Assembly: GCF_034932185.1 (NCBI RefSeq)
Contig: NZ_JAYGHW010000066.1
Coordinates: 35,180 to 99,179 of the forward strand
Direction of reading: 5' to 3'
DNA length: 64,000 bases
From: Spirulina sp. CCNP1310
GTDB taxonomy: Bacteria; Cyanobacteriota; Cyanobacteriia; Cyanobacteriales; Spirulinaceae
Numbering within the stretch: the first letter of the stretch is position 1; every line of letters begins with the position of its first letter. A model generated the notes under the pieces. That model was not told the DNA's origin. It ran no database searches and saw only the letters and a list, made by a program, of their open reading frames with translations. The position numbers and the translations under genes were made by a program. Shown here piece by piece: positions 9,715 to 19,325 of this stretch.

Positions 9715-10794
9715 TTAATCCGCAAAACCCAGTTCCACCAATTGCTGGAAGGCTCGCTCGCCAAGGCCGTTGGTGGGATTTTGCGATCGCACGATCTGGA
9801 TCAACAAGGGAACCGAGAGTTCCGGCTGATTTTGGGCGCGGTGAACGAGGGCCAATTGATAGGTGGTTTGATCCCGCAGTTGAGCACTGTCAAGGGCTTT
9901 TTGTCGCTGATCTTGGGCAACTTCGCGATCAATGCCAGAAAAGGTTTCGGAAAGTTGCTGATGGAAATTAGAGAGTTGATTAAACACTTGCCGGGCTTGC
10001 TGAAACTTGTTCTGGGCTTGGTTGTAGTCCCCGGCATTGACCGCCGCTTCTGCTTCACGGATCAAGTTTTGGCCGCCTTCAAAGCTGAGTAATGTGGGGG
10101 TTGCTTCCGGGATAATTTGGGCAAAATCGCCAGTGGGTTGCACAAAACCAAACCGCACCAATTGTTCATGGGCTTGGCGACCGAGGGGGGTGGTGGGATT
10201 TTGCGATCGCACAATTTGGATCAGCAACGGAATGGATAAATCCGTCCGGCCTTGGGCATGGTGGGCTAAAGCCAGTTCATAGGTGGATTGATCCCGCAGT
10301 TGGGCGGTTTCGAGGGCCTGTTGCCGTTGCTGGGCAGCGCGGCGGCTGTTAATGCCCGCAAAACTGCCGGAGAGTTGTTGATAAAAATTGGAAAGTTGGT
10401 TAAAGACTTGGCGGGTAGCTTGGAGCTTTTCCACCGCTAGGTCATAGTTGCCTTGGGCGCTGGCGTTGCGCCCCGCTTCCAGTAATGCCATGCCGCCGGG
10501 CATACTTAAAACACTGCTGCTTTGTTGCAAAATCCGGGGATCTTCGACAGCAAAGGGATCTGGCTCAGGGTTCGATAATTCTTGGGCTTGAACCCCCCCA
10601 GGAAGTCCTAGGGTTAAAACCGTCAAACTGGCCAACATCAGGGGGTGGATAATCTGCTTGAATCTCATTGAAGCCCTCAGACCCATTCCTAAAAACAGTA
10701 AAATTGATTGCAATCGTTTCCTACGATACCCTGTTTCAGACATAATTCTTAAAAAAAAGTTCTGTACTGGTGATGATCGCTCCGCCATGGTCAC
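9715..10794 (-). CDS. Secreted hypothetical protein with an internal ~150-aa tandem duplication.
   Basis: It has a signal peptide (LASLTVLTLGLPGGVQA). Two repeats share RQVFNQLSNF(Y/H)QQLS...AQLRDQ(S/T)TY(E/Q)LAL...(I/V)PLLIQIVRSQNPT...LG...QL(V)(R/E)(F/L)GF. Confidence 0.6.
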   Translation of the reverse strand: MTMAERSSPVQNFFLRIMSETGYRRKRLQSILLFLGMGLRASMRFKQIIHPLMLASLTVLTLGLPGGVQAQELSNPEPDPFAVEDPRILQQSSSVLSMPGGMALLEAGRNASAQGNYDLAVEKLQATRQVFNQLSNFYQQLSGSFAGINSRRAAQQRQQALETAQLRDQSTYELALAHHAQGRTDLSIPLLIQIVRSQNPTTPLGRQAHEQLVRFGFVQPTGDFAQIIPEATPTLLSFEGGQNLIREAEAAVNAGDYNQAQNKFQQARQVFNQLSNFHQQLSETFSGIDREVAQDQRQKALDSAQLRDQTTYQLALVHRAQNQPELSVPLLIQIVRSQNPTNGLGERAFQQLVELGFAD

Positions 10795-10930
10795 GAATCC
10801 CGGAGAAGCAACCCGTTGAGGCGATCGCCGATTTTTTCCACTCCCCGTGATGGGTTGGCCCAGATCCCATCTGCCACAACCTTGGGGGATTGGGTATTCT
10901 GGAAAGGATCCGTGCTTGCTCGCCCCCGTT

Positions 10931-13900
10931 ATGGCCTACACCGTTAGCGAAATTCAAAGCTTTCTGACTGCTCAAACCCCCTTAGGGATGTTGCCACCAG
11001 GGGCGATCGCCGCTGTTTTAGGGCGGATGCGGCCCTTTCGCTATCGCATGGGTCAAACCCTGTTGGTACGAGACAAGATCCCCCATCAGGTGGTGATTTT
11101 GTATGAGGGACAGGTGCGGCTGATTGGCTATGATCCCACAACGAAAATGCCCCTAACGCTGCAACTGCTCCAACCGGGGGACATGATCGGCTGGGTGAGT
11201 TTGCTGCGGGGCATTCCTTGCGAAACGGCGATCGCCTCCACGGAAACCGTCGCCATTACCCTTGGGGCCGAGGAATTTTTCGCCGTCCTCCAGCGTTTCC
11301 CCGATGTGGCGGCTCAATTTCATCAAGGGACGGCGATCGCTGAAGTCTTCGACCTCCTCTCCCGTCAAACCCTCCCCAACCTCAAAGACAGTAATGCCCT
11401 CAAGGAATGGGTGCAAAATGCTGCCAACCATGCCCAAGTTTGTAGCCTGCCCCCCGGTCGTCACCTCCTCCAAGACGAACCCGCCCGCATCCTCCAATAC
11501 CCTAATCTCGTTTGGTTTGTCAGCGGTGGCGGCCAAGTCACCCACTTTAAACCCGGCTATCCCATCAGCCTCGACCCCCAACAACGGAGCCTAGAGGTGG
11601 TGGGGGAATATCCTGCCCGGCTAATCGGCATTCAAGCCGCCGACCTCCTCCCCGTTGCCATTGCGGACACTTTCGCCGATCCCGATACCGTCCAACTATC
11701 ACCAGAGCCAGCAGAAATTCCCTACGCCGCCGAATTGGAAACCGTTGACGCGCCCACCCCCCCCAGCGCCGCCCCGAAGCCCAACCGCCAAGATTATCCC
11801 CTCGTTAAGGGGCGATCGCAACTCGATGCAGCGGTGGCCTGTTTCCAGATGTTGAGCCAATATTTTCGGATGCCCTTCCGTCGGGATGTGATTGAGCGGG
11901 TGTTAGGGGATCAACTGCGGCGACAGGGGAGCTTATCCCTCTATAACTGTGGCTCGGTGGCGGAACTCATGGGATTAACGGCGCAATTGGTGAATATTCC
12001 CGCTTCTGCGTTAACGCGATTACAGGGGCCGGCCTTGGTGCAGTGGCAAGACCGGCTGGCGGTACTCTATGAAATTAGTGATCAGGAGTTGGTGATTGGT
12101 GCGCCGGAGGTGGGGATTCTACGGCGCAAGCCCAAGGATTTCCTTGAAGCCTGGGATGATGTGGGCCAGGTGGTGCTGTTGCAACCCTCGAAATATACCC
12201 CCCAGGAACGCTTTGGTCTCAGTTGGTTTTGGCCGGTGTTATGGAAATATAAGGGCGTGTTAACAGAAGTATTTATCGCTTCCTTCTTTGTGCAACTTTT
12301 TGCCCTCGCTAATCCCCTAATTATTCAAGTAATCATCGATAAGGTCATTGTCCAAAATAGTACGGAAACGCTGCAAGTTTTGGGGTTTTTCCTGCTAGGG
12401 GTGGCGATTTTTGAATTTATCCTCAGTACGGTACGCACCTATCTGTTTGTGGATACCACAAACCGCATTGATATGAGCTTGGGGTCAGAAATCATTGATC
12501 ACCTGCTGCGATTACCCCTGAGTTATTTTGACCGTCGCCCGGTGGGGGAACTGTCCAGCCGCATTAATGAGTTGGAAAATATCCGTACATTCTTAACCGG
12601 AACCGCCTTAACAGTGGTTTTAGATGCGGTTTTTTCGGTGATTTATATTGCCGTGATGTTCTTTTACAGTTGGCGGCTGTCACTGTTGGGGCTGGCCATT
12701 GTGCCAATTTTCATTATCACGACACTGATTTTTTCCCCCTTAATCCGCCATCAACTGCGGATCAAGGCGGAACGCAACGCTGAAACCCAATCTCATCTGG
12801 TGGAGGTGGTTTCGGGGATTCAAACGGTGAAGGCGCAAAATATTGAGTTGCGATCGCGCTGGCGGTGGCAAGAACATTACGCCCGCTACGTTTCCGCCGG
12901 GTTTAAAACCGTGCAGACTTCAACCCTAGCGAATTCTGCCAGTAATTTCCTCAATAAAATTTCTGGCCTGTTGGTGCTGTGGGGTGGGGCCTATTTGGTG
13001 TTACAGGGGGATCTGAGTTTAGGGCAGTTAATTGCCTTTCGGATCATTGCCAGCTATGTCACTAGTCCCCTATTACGGTTGGCGCAACTGTGGCAAAACT
13101 TCCAAGAGGTGGGGCTATCTTTGGAGCGGTTGGGGGATATTTTAGATAGTCCTCAGGAAGGGGAAGCGGATCAGGGGAATATCCCGATGCCATCGGTGGT
13201 GGGGGCGGTGAAATATGAAAATGTTTCTTTCCGGTTTAAACCCAATGGGCCGCTGCAATTGGTGAATGTTAACCTTGATATTCCGGCGGGGAGTTTTGTC
13301 GGGGTGGTGGGGAAAAGTGGGGCGGGCAAAAGTACGCTGACGAAATTGCTCGTGCGTTTATACGATTGGGAAACGGGGCGGATTTTGCTCGATGGTTACG
13401 ATGTGGCCAAGGTGGAGCTTTATTCCCTGCGGCGACAAATCGGGGTTGTACCCCAAGAGCCATTATTATTTGATGGCACGATTCAGGAAAATATCGCCCT
13501 CAATAACCCCGAAGCCTCTAGTGAGGAGATTATCGAGGCGGCAAGGGTGGCGGCGGCCCATGATTTTATTATGGAGTTGTCCAGTGGCTATAACACGCGG
13601 GTGGGGGAGCGGGGGGCGAGTTTGTCGGGGGGACAACGGCAACGGATTGCGATCGCCCGCACCGTGTTGCAACGCCCTGCCTTTCTGATTTTGGATGAAG
13701 CCACCAGCGCCCTCGATTACCCCACGGAGCAGCAGGTTTGTAGTAATTTAGCCCAAGCCTTTCGCGATCGCACCGTCATTTTCATCACCCACCGTTTAGG
13801 AACAGTTCAGGGGGCGGATCAAATTGTGATGATGGACAGCGGCGCGGTGGTAGAAGTGGGAACCCACGCGGAACTGATCGCCCTCGAAGGTCGCTACTTC

Positions 13901-13936
13901 GCCCTCTACCGCCAACAGGATGCCCGCCAAGCCTGA
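10931..13936 (+). CDS. ABC exporter with an N-terminal cyclic-nucleotide-binding domain and a C39-like (catalytic Cys absent) peptidase-like domain; type I secretion/bacteriocin-exporter family.
   Basis: cNMP domain (GQTLLVRDK...GEEFF). The C39-like region has QLDAAVACFQML in place of the canonical Q-x4-DCG. Six TM helices follow, then Walker A GKSGAGKST, signature LSGGQRQRIAIAR and Walker B LILDEATSALD. The ORF-track start at 10847 is possible, but the ATG at 10931 (MAYTVSEIQ) leaves a more plausible divergent intergenic region. Confidence 0.85.
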   Translation: MAYTVSEIQSFLTAQTPLGMLPPGAIAAVLGRMRPFRYRMGQTLLVRDKIPHQVVILYEGQVRLIGYDPTTKMPLTLQLLQPGDMIGWVSLLRGIPCETAIASTETVAITLGAEEFFAVLQRFPDVAAQFHQGTAIAEVFDLLSRQTLPNLKDSNALKEWVQNAANHAQVCSLPPGRHLLQDEPARILQYPNLVWFVSGGGQVTHFKPGYPISLDPQQRSLEVVGEYPARLIGIQAADLLPVAIADTFADPDTVQLSPEPAEIPYAAELETVDAPTPPSAAPKPNRQDYPLVKGRSQLDAAVACFQMLSQYFRMPFRRDVIERVLGDQLRRQGSLSLYNCGSVAELMGLTAQLVNIPASALTRLQGPALVQWQDRLAVLYEISDQELVIGAPEVGILRRKPKDFLEAWDDVGQVVLLQPSKYTPQERFGLSWFWPVLWKYKGVLTEVFIASFFVQLFALANPLIIQVIIDKVIVQNSTETLQVLGFFLLGVAIFEFILSTVRTYLFVDTTNRIDMSLGSEIIDHLLRLPLSYFDRRPVGELSSRINELENIRTFLTGTALTVVLDAVFSVIYIAVMFFYSWRLSLLGLAIVPIFIITTLIFSPLIRHQLRIKAERNAETQSHLVEVVSGIQTVKAQNIELRSRWRWQEHYARYVSAGFKTVQTSTLANSASNFLNKISGLLVLWGGAYLVLQGDLSLGQLIAFRIIASYVTSPLLRLAQLWQNFQEVGLSLERLGDILDSPQEGEADQGNIPMPSVVGAVKYENVSFRFKPNGPLQLVNVNLDIPAGSFVGVVGKSGAGKSTLTKLLVRLYDWETGRILLDGYDVAKVELYSLRRQIGVVPQEPLLFDGTIQENIALNNPEASSEEIIEAARVAAAHDFIMELSSGYNTRVGERGASLSGGQRQRIAIARTVLQRPAFLILDEATSALDYPTEQQVCSNLAQAFRDRTVIFITHRLGTVQGADQIVMMDSGAVVEVGTHAELIALEGRYFALYRQQDARQA

Positions 13937-13937
13937 T

Positions 13938-13960
13938 GGTGAAAATTTTTCGCCCCTATT
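13938..13960. repeat. Dispersed palindromic repeat, copy c (partial: GGTGAAAATTTTTCGCCCCTATT).
   Basis: The 3' arm is intact and the 5' arm is truncated. It begins at the stop codon of the ABC exporter. Confidence 0.7.
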
Positions 13961-13990
13961 GTTCAGGAGGCAGAGCCTCCGCAGGTGCAT

Positions 13991-14092
13991 GACTTGGCAG
14001 AGCCAAGTCACGAGGGATTCCCATTCCCTATTGCCCGTTCCCTGTTCCCTGTTCCCCATTCCCCGTTCCCCATTCCCCATCTTCCCCACCCC
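13991..14092. repeat. Hairpin (GACTTGGC-AGA-GCCAAGTC) followed by an array of ~9 heptamers (consensus CCC[A/G]TTC), STRR-like.
   Basis: CCCATTC CCTATTG CCCGTTC CCTGTTC CCTGTTC CCCATTC CCCGTTC CCCATTC CCCATCTTCCCC. The ORF-track ORFs 13796..14089 and 14028..14309 are artifacts of this repeat. Confidence 0.8.
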
Positions 14093-14119
14093 ATGCTATA
14101 GTAGAAAAGCTTAATTTTT

Positions 14120-14193
14120 CGGGATGTGGCGCAGCTTGGTAGCGCACTTCGTTCGGGACGAAGGGGCCGCTGGTTCGAATCCAGTCATCCCGA
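14120..14193 (+). tRNA. tRNA-Pro (anticodon CGG).
   Basis: Acceptor CGGGATG/CATCCCG with discriminator A. D arm GCGCAGCTTGGTAGCGC. Anticodon stem CTTCG/CGAAG with loop TTCGGGA. T arm GCTGGTTCGAATCCAGT. The 3' CCA is not encoded. Confidence 0.85.
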
Positions 14194-14227
14194 TTTGCCA
14201 AGAGCGAATCTAGTTGTATAGTTGATC

Positions 14228-14259
14228 TGCCTGGGGGCGAAAGATTTTTCGCCCCTACA
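14228..14259. repeat. Dispersed palindromic repeat, copy d (TGCCTGGGGGCGAAAGATTTTTCGCCCCTACA).
   Basis: Core conserved with one substitution. It shares the upstream flank TTGATCTGC with copy g. Confidence 0.85.
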
Positions 14260-14438
14260 TCATTTATCCCCCTGGCCAACGGGTGGAAACGTGCGATCGC
14301 CTCACCCACCTCGATGGGGAAACCCTTTTACCCGGTTTAGTCCTCCCCCTGATCTCGTTGTGGGCCTAGGGGCAACCATTCCAGCCAGAAAAGAGAATAT
14401 GTTAACTTGGCCGAAACGGCCGGAATTTCTCTTTCTCC

Positions 14439-14891
14439 TTGGCGATCGCCCCTATGTTTAGCCCCACCCTCCTTTGGTTCATTGCGGGAGCCATCCTCTG
14501 TTTTATGGAGGTGGTATTTCCCACCGCCTTTGTGGAATTCATCATGGGTTTAGCAGCCATCGGCGTGGGGTTGCTTGCCTTCATCCTGCCCTTTTTACCC
14601 TTTCCCGCCCAAGTTCTGCTCTGGCTTGTCTTCACCACGGGGGGGATCATCTTCTCCCGGCGGTCTTTCACCCCCAAGCGGCGATCGCGCTTATTAGAAG
14701 ATTCCCGCCAAGGTCGCACCCTCACCCCCATTGCGCCCGGTGAACTGGGGCGCGTCGTTTGTGATGGCAACTCCTGGCAAGCGCGGTGTGAAGATGAAAC
14801 CTTAGCCATGAATGCCAATACGCCGGTTTTTATTGTCCGCCGCGAAGGTAACACGTTAATTGTGCTGCCCCAATCCGTAATTCAGCCCTAA
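14439..14891 (+). CDS. NfeD-family membrane protein (SPFH partner).
   Basis: N-terminal multi-TM region and a C-terminal OB-fold-like soluble domain (GELGRVVCDGNSWQARCED...PVFIVRREGNTLIV). It is followed 40 bp later by the SPFH gene. Confidence 0.75.
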   Translation: MAIAPMFSPTLLWFIAGAILCFMEVVFPTAFVEFIMGLAAIGVGLLAFILPFLPFPAQVLLWLVFTTGGIIFSRRSFTPKRRSRLLEDSRQGRTLTPIAPGELGRVVCDGNSWQARCEDETLAMNANTPVFIVRREGNTLIVLPQSVIQP

Positions 14892-14932
14892 CCCCTGAAG
14901 ATATACACCACAGTTCACTACGAGGTTGATCC

Positions 14933-15871
14933 ATGCCTGAATTTTTTCTACTGATTTTGTTAGCCTTAGGCGGCTCTACCGCCATCGGCTCAGTGAAAAT
15001 TATCAATGAAAAACATGAAGCCTTGGTGGAAAGCTTGGGGAGCTATAAGAAAAAGCTCACCCCTGGTTTAAACTTAATGGTTCCCTTCATTGACAAGGTG
15101 GTCTATCAAGAAACCACCCGCGAAAAAGTCCTCGACATTGCGCCCCAGTCCTGTATTACCAAAGATAACGTCGCCATCAGTGCCGATGCCGTCGTCTATT
15201 GGAAAATTGTCGATATGGAGAAGGCCTATTATCGGGTGGAAAATCTCCAAAAGGCGATCACCAATCTGGTCTTAACCCAAATTCGCTCCGAAATGGGCAA
15301 GCTCGAACTGGATCAAACCTTTACCGCCCGCAGTGAAATCAATGAAATGCTGTTGCGGGAATTGGATATCGCCACCGATCCCTGGGGCGTGAAGGTGTTG
15401 CGCGTTGAGCTTCGCGATATCACCCCCTCGAAAGCCGTGCAGGATTCGATGGAATTACAAATGACCGCTGAACGGCGGAAACGGGCGGCCATTCTTACCT
15501 CGGAAGGGGAGCGGGATGCGGCGGTTAACTCTGCCCAAGGGAAAGCTGAGGCTAGCATTTTGAATGCAGAAGCGGACAAAAAATCAGCGGTGTTAAGGGC
15601 AGAGGCGGAGGCTCAAAAAGAAGTCCTCAAAGCCCAAGCAACGGCGCGGGCCATGGATATTTTAATGGATAAAATGCGCAGCGATCCCCACGCGAAGGAA
15701 GCCCTGCAATTTATCCTCGCCCAAGACTATTTGACCATGGGTAAAGTGGTGGGCAGCAGTGAAAGCAGCAAGATCATGTTTATGGATCCGGCGAATATGT
15801 TTTCTACCTTGGAAGGGATGCGCTCGGTGTTAGGGGATCTGCCCCAGGATGTTAAGGGGAATGGGTATTAA
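14933..15871 (+). CDS. SPFH/band-7 (stomatin/prohibitin-like) protein.
   Basis: N-terminal TM anchor, then the SPFH core ([45 protein letters not shown]...), then an Ala/Glu-rich coiled-coil tail. Confidence 0.85.
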   Translation: MPEFFLLILLALGGSTAIGSVKIINEKHEALVESLGSYKKKLTPGLNLMVPFIDKVVYQETTREKVLDIAPQSCITKDNVAISADAVVYWKIVDMEKAYYRVENLQKAITNLVLTQIRSEMGKLELDQTFTARSEINEMLLRELDIATDPWGVKVLRVELRDITPSKAVQDSMELQMTAERRKRAAILTSEGERDAAVNSAQGKAEASILNAEADKKSAVLRAEAEAQKEVLKAQATARAMDILMDKMRSDPHAKEALQFILAQDYLTMGKVVGSSESSKIMFMDPANMFSTLEGMRSVLGDLPQDVKGNGY

Positions 15872-15923
15872 TCGGGGGCATTGAACAACGATCCTCAAAT
15901 GCCCTGAATTTGCAGCCCTGATC

Positions 15924-15954
15924 GGCCCAGGGGCGAAACATTTTTCGCCCCTAC
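15924..15954. repeat. Dispersed palindromic repeat, copy e (GGCCCAGGGGCGAAACATTTTTCGCCCCTACCC).
   Basis: It lies 3' of the SPFH gene stop. Confidence 0.85.
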
Positions 15955-16021
15955 CCCTAGCCAAGGGGGATGTTAAATCTAGTCTAAACATCGGTTAGGA
16001 TGGAGGCGTATTCGCGCTTTT

Positions 16022-16678
16022 TTGATGGTTGCTATGGTGATTCGCCGTCTTTGCTCTGCCCTGATTCCTGCTAGCCTTTGGTGGGGGATGGCGATCGCCC
16101 CCGCTCTGGCCATGCCCGGCCAACCCACCGCCGTTGTGGCCGCTTGGATTTTAGGCAATCAAGCCCTAGAGGGGGTGATGGGGGATGGCCTATCGGTGCG
16201 CCGCAGTAATGGCGGCTCCCAAACCTTTGAATTTACCGCTTCGATTTTTCCGCCGGGCCGGCTTTCCCCGATGGCAGCACGGGGCAGTTGTGCAACGCCG
16301 ATTTATCGCGGCTTGATCCGCTCTGAAACGATCGCCCTACGGGATTTTATCAATGGTGTGCCGCTCGATCGCCTGGAGTTTGGCCTGCGCACGGTGTACG
16401 GGTTAGATATTTATCAAGATTATCGTCAGGCCAGTTTACTCTATGCCTACCCGATGCCCGCTGGCATTGATCTGGGGCGCAGGCTGGGGCGACCGGGAAC
16501 GGAGGGGTATCGGGGGGAAATGCGCCGGGGCGATCGCTATGCCTATTGGTTGGAAATTGCCCACACCGAAACAGGGATGGCCTACAGTGGCCAAATCACC
16601 GTCTTTCTCAAAGAAGATTTACCCAAATTGGTGCGGGAAATGGGGGGCGAAATGGATCCGGTCTGTGAGAATCGCTAG
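16022..16678 (+). CDS. Hypothetical secreted protein.
   Basis: Signal peptide (LIPASLWWGMAIAPALA) and good coding regularity. No recognisable motifs. Confidence 0.5.
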   Translation: MMVAMVIRRLCSALIPASLWWGMAIAPALAMPGQPTAVVAAWILGNQALEGVMGDGLSVRRSNGGSQTFEFTASIFPPGRLSPMAARGSCATPIYRGLIRSETIALRDFINGVPLDRLEFGLRTVYGLDIYQDYRQASLLYAYPMPAGIDLGRRLGRPGTEGYRGEMRRGDRYAYWLEIAHTETGMAYSGQITVFLKEDLPKLVREMGGEMDPVCENR

Positions 16679-16785
16679 CTTTTGCCGAGGATGGAGCGGG
16701 GATCAATTTCCTGGCCCTGGGTTTAACGAGGTTCCCTCTCCCGGTACGATGGAATCAGCGATCCAACAGGAAATAAGGGGGGAAA

Positions 16786-18153
16786 ATGGCGATATTGAGG
16801 AGTAAACCCGTGTTGATCGGTGGGGTGGGTTTATCCTTTGCCCTGTGGGGGTGGTGGCAGTTGCAGGATGTGGGCTTAGATTTAGAAACCCTTGGGTTAT
16901 GGGGTTTGATGGCCGTCGGTGGGGGGATGTGGTGGTTGCGGCGCGATCGCCCCTCCCTTACGGCCAGCAATTCCCAACCCTCATCCCTGACGGCGGCTCA
17001 ACTGACCCAAACCCAAGCCCAAACCGAGGCATTGATCACGCTCCTCGCCGCTGAGTCTCCGAATTTTGATCCCACGCCTTACCAAACACAATTACAAGCA
17101 ATGGCTCAACCCCCTTCGGGGCCGCTCCAGGTGACGATTACCGGCGGTGCTTGGGTGGGTAAAACAGCGTTATTACAGCAATTAGCCGTTGGGGAAGGTT
17201 GGGAGTATCAAGAAGCGGCAACACCTCAGGATCAGACTCATCTCGTCTTAGCCCTCGTTGATGGCGATCTCACCGCTGCGGCATGGGTGCAAATTCAACA
17301 ATGGCGGCAGGCCCATCATCACATTTTCCTCCTTTTAACCAAACAGGATCAACACCCCGAACCCCAACGGCAACAACTCCTCGATACGCTCCGGCAACGG
17401 GTGGCCGGTTGGCTGCCATCGGATCAGGTTTTCGCCATTGCCGCTGCTCCCCGGCTGATCACCGTCCGCCACCATTGCACCGATGGCTCAATCACCGAAA
17501 CCCAAGAACCCCAAGCCCCTCAATTGGGGGATCTGCCCACCCGGTTAGCGATGTTGGCCAACCACAGGGAATCTTTAATCTGGGGCGTGCAGTGGCGACA
17601 ACTGATTGCCCTTCAGGGGGAAATTAAAACGCAATTGAATCAGGAAAGGGGCGATCGCGCCCTGCCGATGATCGAACGGTATCAATGGGTGGCAGCGGCG
17701 GCGGCCTTTGCCAATCCTGTCGCGGCGTTGGATCTGCTGGCCTCCTTAGCGATTAATGCCCAAATGTTCCTCGATCTGGCCCAACTGTACCGCCAACCCC
17801 TGAGCCTCAACCAAGCCCAAACCGCTGCCGCATCCATGGGGGAATTGTTGCTCAAACTGGGGGCGGTGGAAGTTTCCACCCAGGCGATCGCCACCCTCCT
17901 CAAAACCACCCCCCTCACCTATGCCGCTGGCGGCCTGCTCCAGGGGATTAGTGCCGCCTACCTCACCCGCATCGTCGGCCTCACGCTAATCACCCATTTC
18001 GCCCAACAAGACCCCCTCAATCCCCCCAGGACGTTGAATTGGGAAACAATCAGCCAAGGCCTCCAAACTACTCTGAAGCAGACCCAAGCCGCTGGCTGGT
18101 TGGGGGGATTCGTCCAAGAGGTGCGATCGCGCTTAGTCAGTCAGCCCGGATAG
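16786..18153 (+). CDS. Membrane-anchored P-loop GTPase-like protein with a C-terminal DUF697-like domain.
   Basis: Two N-terminal TM helices, a GxxxxGKT P-loop (TGGAWVGKT), and a C-terminal hydrophobic Ala-rich region typical of YcjF/DUF697. Confidence 0.55.
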   Translation: MAILRSKPVLIGGVGLSFALWGWWQLQDVGLDLETLGLWGLMAVGGGMWWLRRDRPSLTASNSQPSSLTAAQLTQTQAQTEALITLLAAESPNFDPTPYQTQLQAMAQPPSGPLQVTITGGAWVGKTALLQQLAVGEGWEYQEAATPQDQTHLVLALVDGDLTAAAWVQIQQWRQAHHHIFLLLTKQDQHPEPQRQQLLDTLRQRVAGWLPSDQVFAIAAAPRLITVRHHCTDGSITETQEPQAPQLGDLPTRLAMLANHRESLIWGVQWRQLIALQGEIKTQLNQERGDRALPMIERYQWVAAAAAFANPVAALDLLASLAINAQMFLDLAQLYRQPLSLNQAQTAAASMGELLLKLGAVEVSTQAIATLLKTTPLTYAAGGLLQGISAAYLTRIVGLTLITHFAQQDPLNPPRTLNWETISQGLQTTLKQTQAAGWLGGFVQEVRSRLVSQPG

Positions 18154-18154
18154 A

Positions 18155-18328
18155 TCTTTTGGGAAGAAAAGAGGATAGAGAAGAGAGGAGAGAGGAAAGT
18201 TGAATCTTCTCCCTCACTTCTCACTCCTCACTTCTCACTTCTCCCTCACTTCTCACTCCTCACTCCTCACTCCTCACTCCTCACTCCTCACTCCTCACTC
18301 CTCACTCCTCACTCCTCACTCCTCACTC
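18155..18328. repeat. Purine-rich arm (GAAGAAAAGAGGATAGAGAAGAGAGGAGAGAGGAAAG) plus a CT-rich inverted partner, followed by ~11 perfect tandem heptamers (CACTCCT) abutting the sdhB stop codon.
   Basis: Read directly from the sequence. The AG-rich and CT-rich halves are mutually complementary, giving a long imperfect hairpin. The perfect heptamer run spans ~18251-18327. Confidence 0.85.
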
Positions 18329-18329
18329 C

Positions 18330-19325
18330 CTACGGTTCCACCTGATGGCGTTGATAATCCTGCACAGCATTGATCAGCGATCGCACCTCCGCCGTCCCCT
18401 CCGAAGGCTCAAACGTAAAGGGAAATTTCCCCTTCGCCAACATCCGAAATCCCAAGGGTAAAATACTCACCAAACCCCGCACATCCTGAAAATAATTCCC
18501 CACCACCTGCAAGCCAAATTTCCGTTCATCCACCCAGCCCCCCGACTTCACTAAATCCACCAACACCTTACGATGACGCACCGGGCGGCTACTGTCTTGA
18601 TCATGGCGGTCTAACACCGCGTGTTTAATTTTACTAATTTGATCTAGAGGAGCCACCTCCATCGGACAAACCGTATTGCACTGATAACAGCGGGTACAGC
18701 CCCAAACCCCATCTAAGCTGTTATATTGTTCAATCCGTTCCTCTGTGCGGGTGTCGCGATTATCCGTAATGAGGCGGTTGGCTTTGGCCAAAGCATGGGG
18801 GCCGAGGAAATCCGGGTTAAAGGCCTTACTATTACAGTCGGAATAACAGGCCCCACAGAGAATACAATTGCCCATCTGATCGAGGCGCGATCGCTCCTCT
18901 GGGGTTTGTAAAAATTCCCGTTCCGGCACCGCTCGCCCTTGGGTACTCACATAGGGATCCACCGCTTCGAGATCATCCCAAAACTGCGCCATATCTACGA
19001 CTAAATCCCGCACCACCGGCAAATTTCCTAAGGGCGCAATGGTGATCACCGGGGGGCGATCGCTCCCCACCGGATGAAAGCGAGTCACCTCCTGAGCAAT
19101 ATTTTCTTTGCAGGCCAGGGTGGCACGGCCATTAATCCGCATCGCACAACTCCCGCAAATTGTATTGCGGCAATTTTTCCGAAAAGTGAGGGAGCCATCC
19201 ACCTCCCACTTGATCCGATTTAAACAGTCGAGAATCGTCTCCCCTGGTTCGACAGTCAGTCGATATTCTTGGGAGTAAGGGTTGCCTTGGGGCTGTTGGC
19301 GGAGAACTTGAAAAGTAACATCCAT
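18330..19325 (-). CDS. sdhB: Succinate dehydrogenase/fumarate reductase iron-sulfur subunit.
   Basis: 2Fe-2S ferredoxin-type N-terminus (CGSCAMRINGRATLAC) and two 4Fe-4S-type Cys clusters (CILCGACYSDC, CTRCYQCNTVCP). Confidence 0.85.
   Translation of the reverse strand: MDVTFQVLRQQPQGNPYSQEYRLTVEPGETILDCLNRIKWEVDGSLTFRKNCRNTICGSCAMRINGRATLACKENIAQEVTRFHPVGSDRPPVITIAPLGNLPVVRDLVVDMAQFWDDLEAVDPYVSTQGRAVPEREFLQTPEERSRLDQMGNCILCGACYSDCNSKAFNPDFLGPHALAKANRLITDNRDTRTEERIEQYNSLDGVWGCTRCYQCNTVCPMEVAPLDQISKIKHAVLDRHDQDSSRPVRHRKVLVDLVKSGGWVDERKFGLQVVGNYFQDVRGLVSILPLGFRMLAKGKFPFTFEPSEGTAEVRSLINAVQDYQRHQVEP

Noticed and set aside
13796-14309. ORFs 13796..14089(-), 13920..14114(+) and 14028..14309(-) encoding MGNGERGMGNREQGTGNRE-type peptides.
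   Set aside because: They are translations of the heptamer STRR array and the palindromic repeat. They have no RBS and no coding periodicity beyond the repeat.
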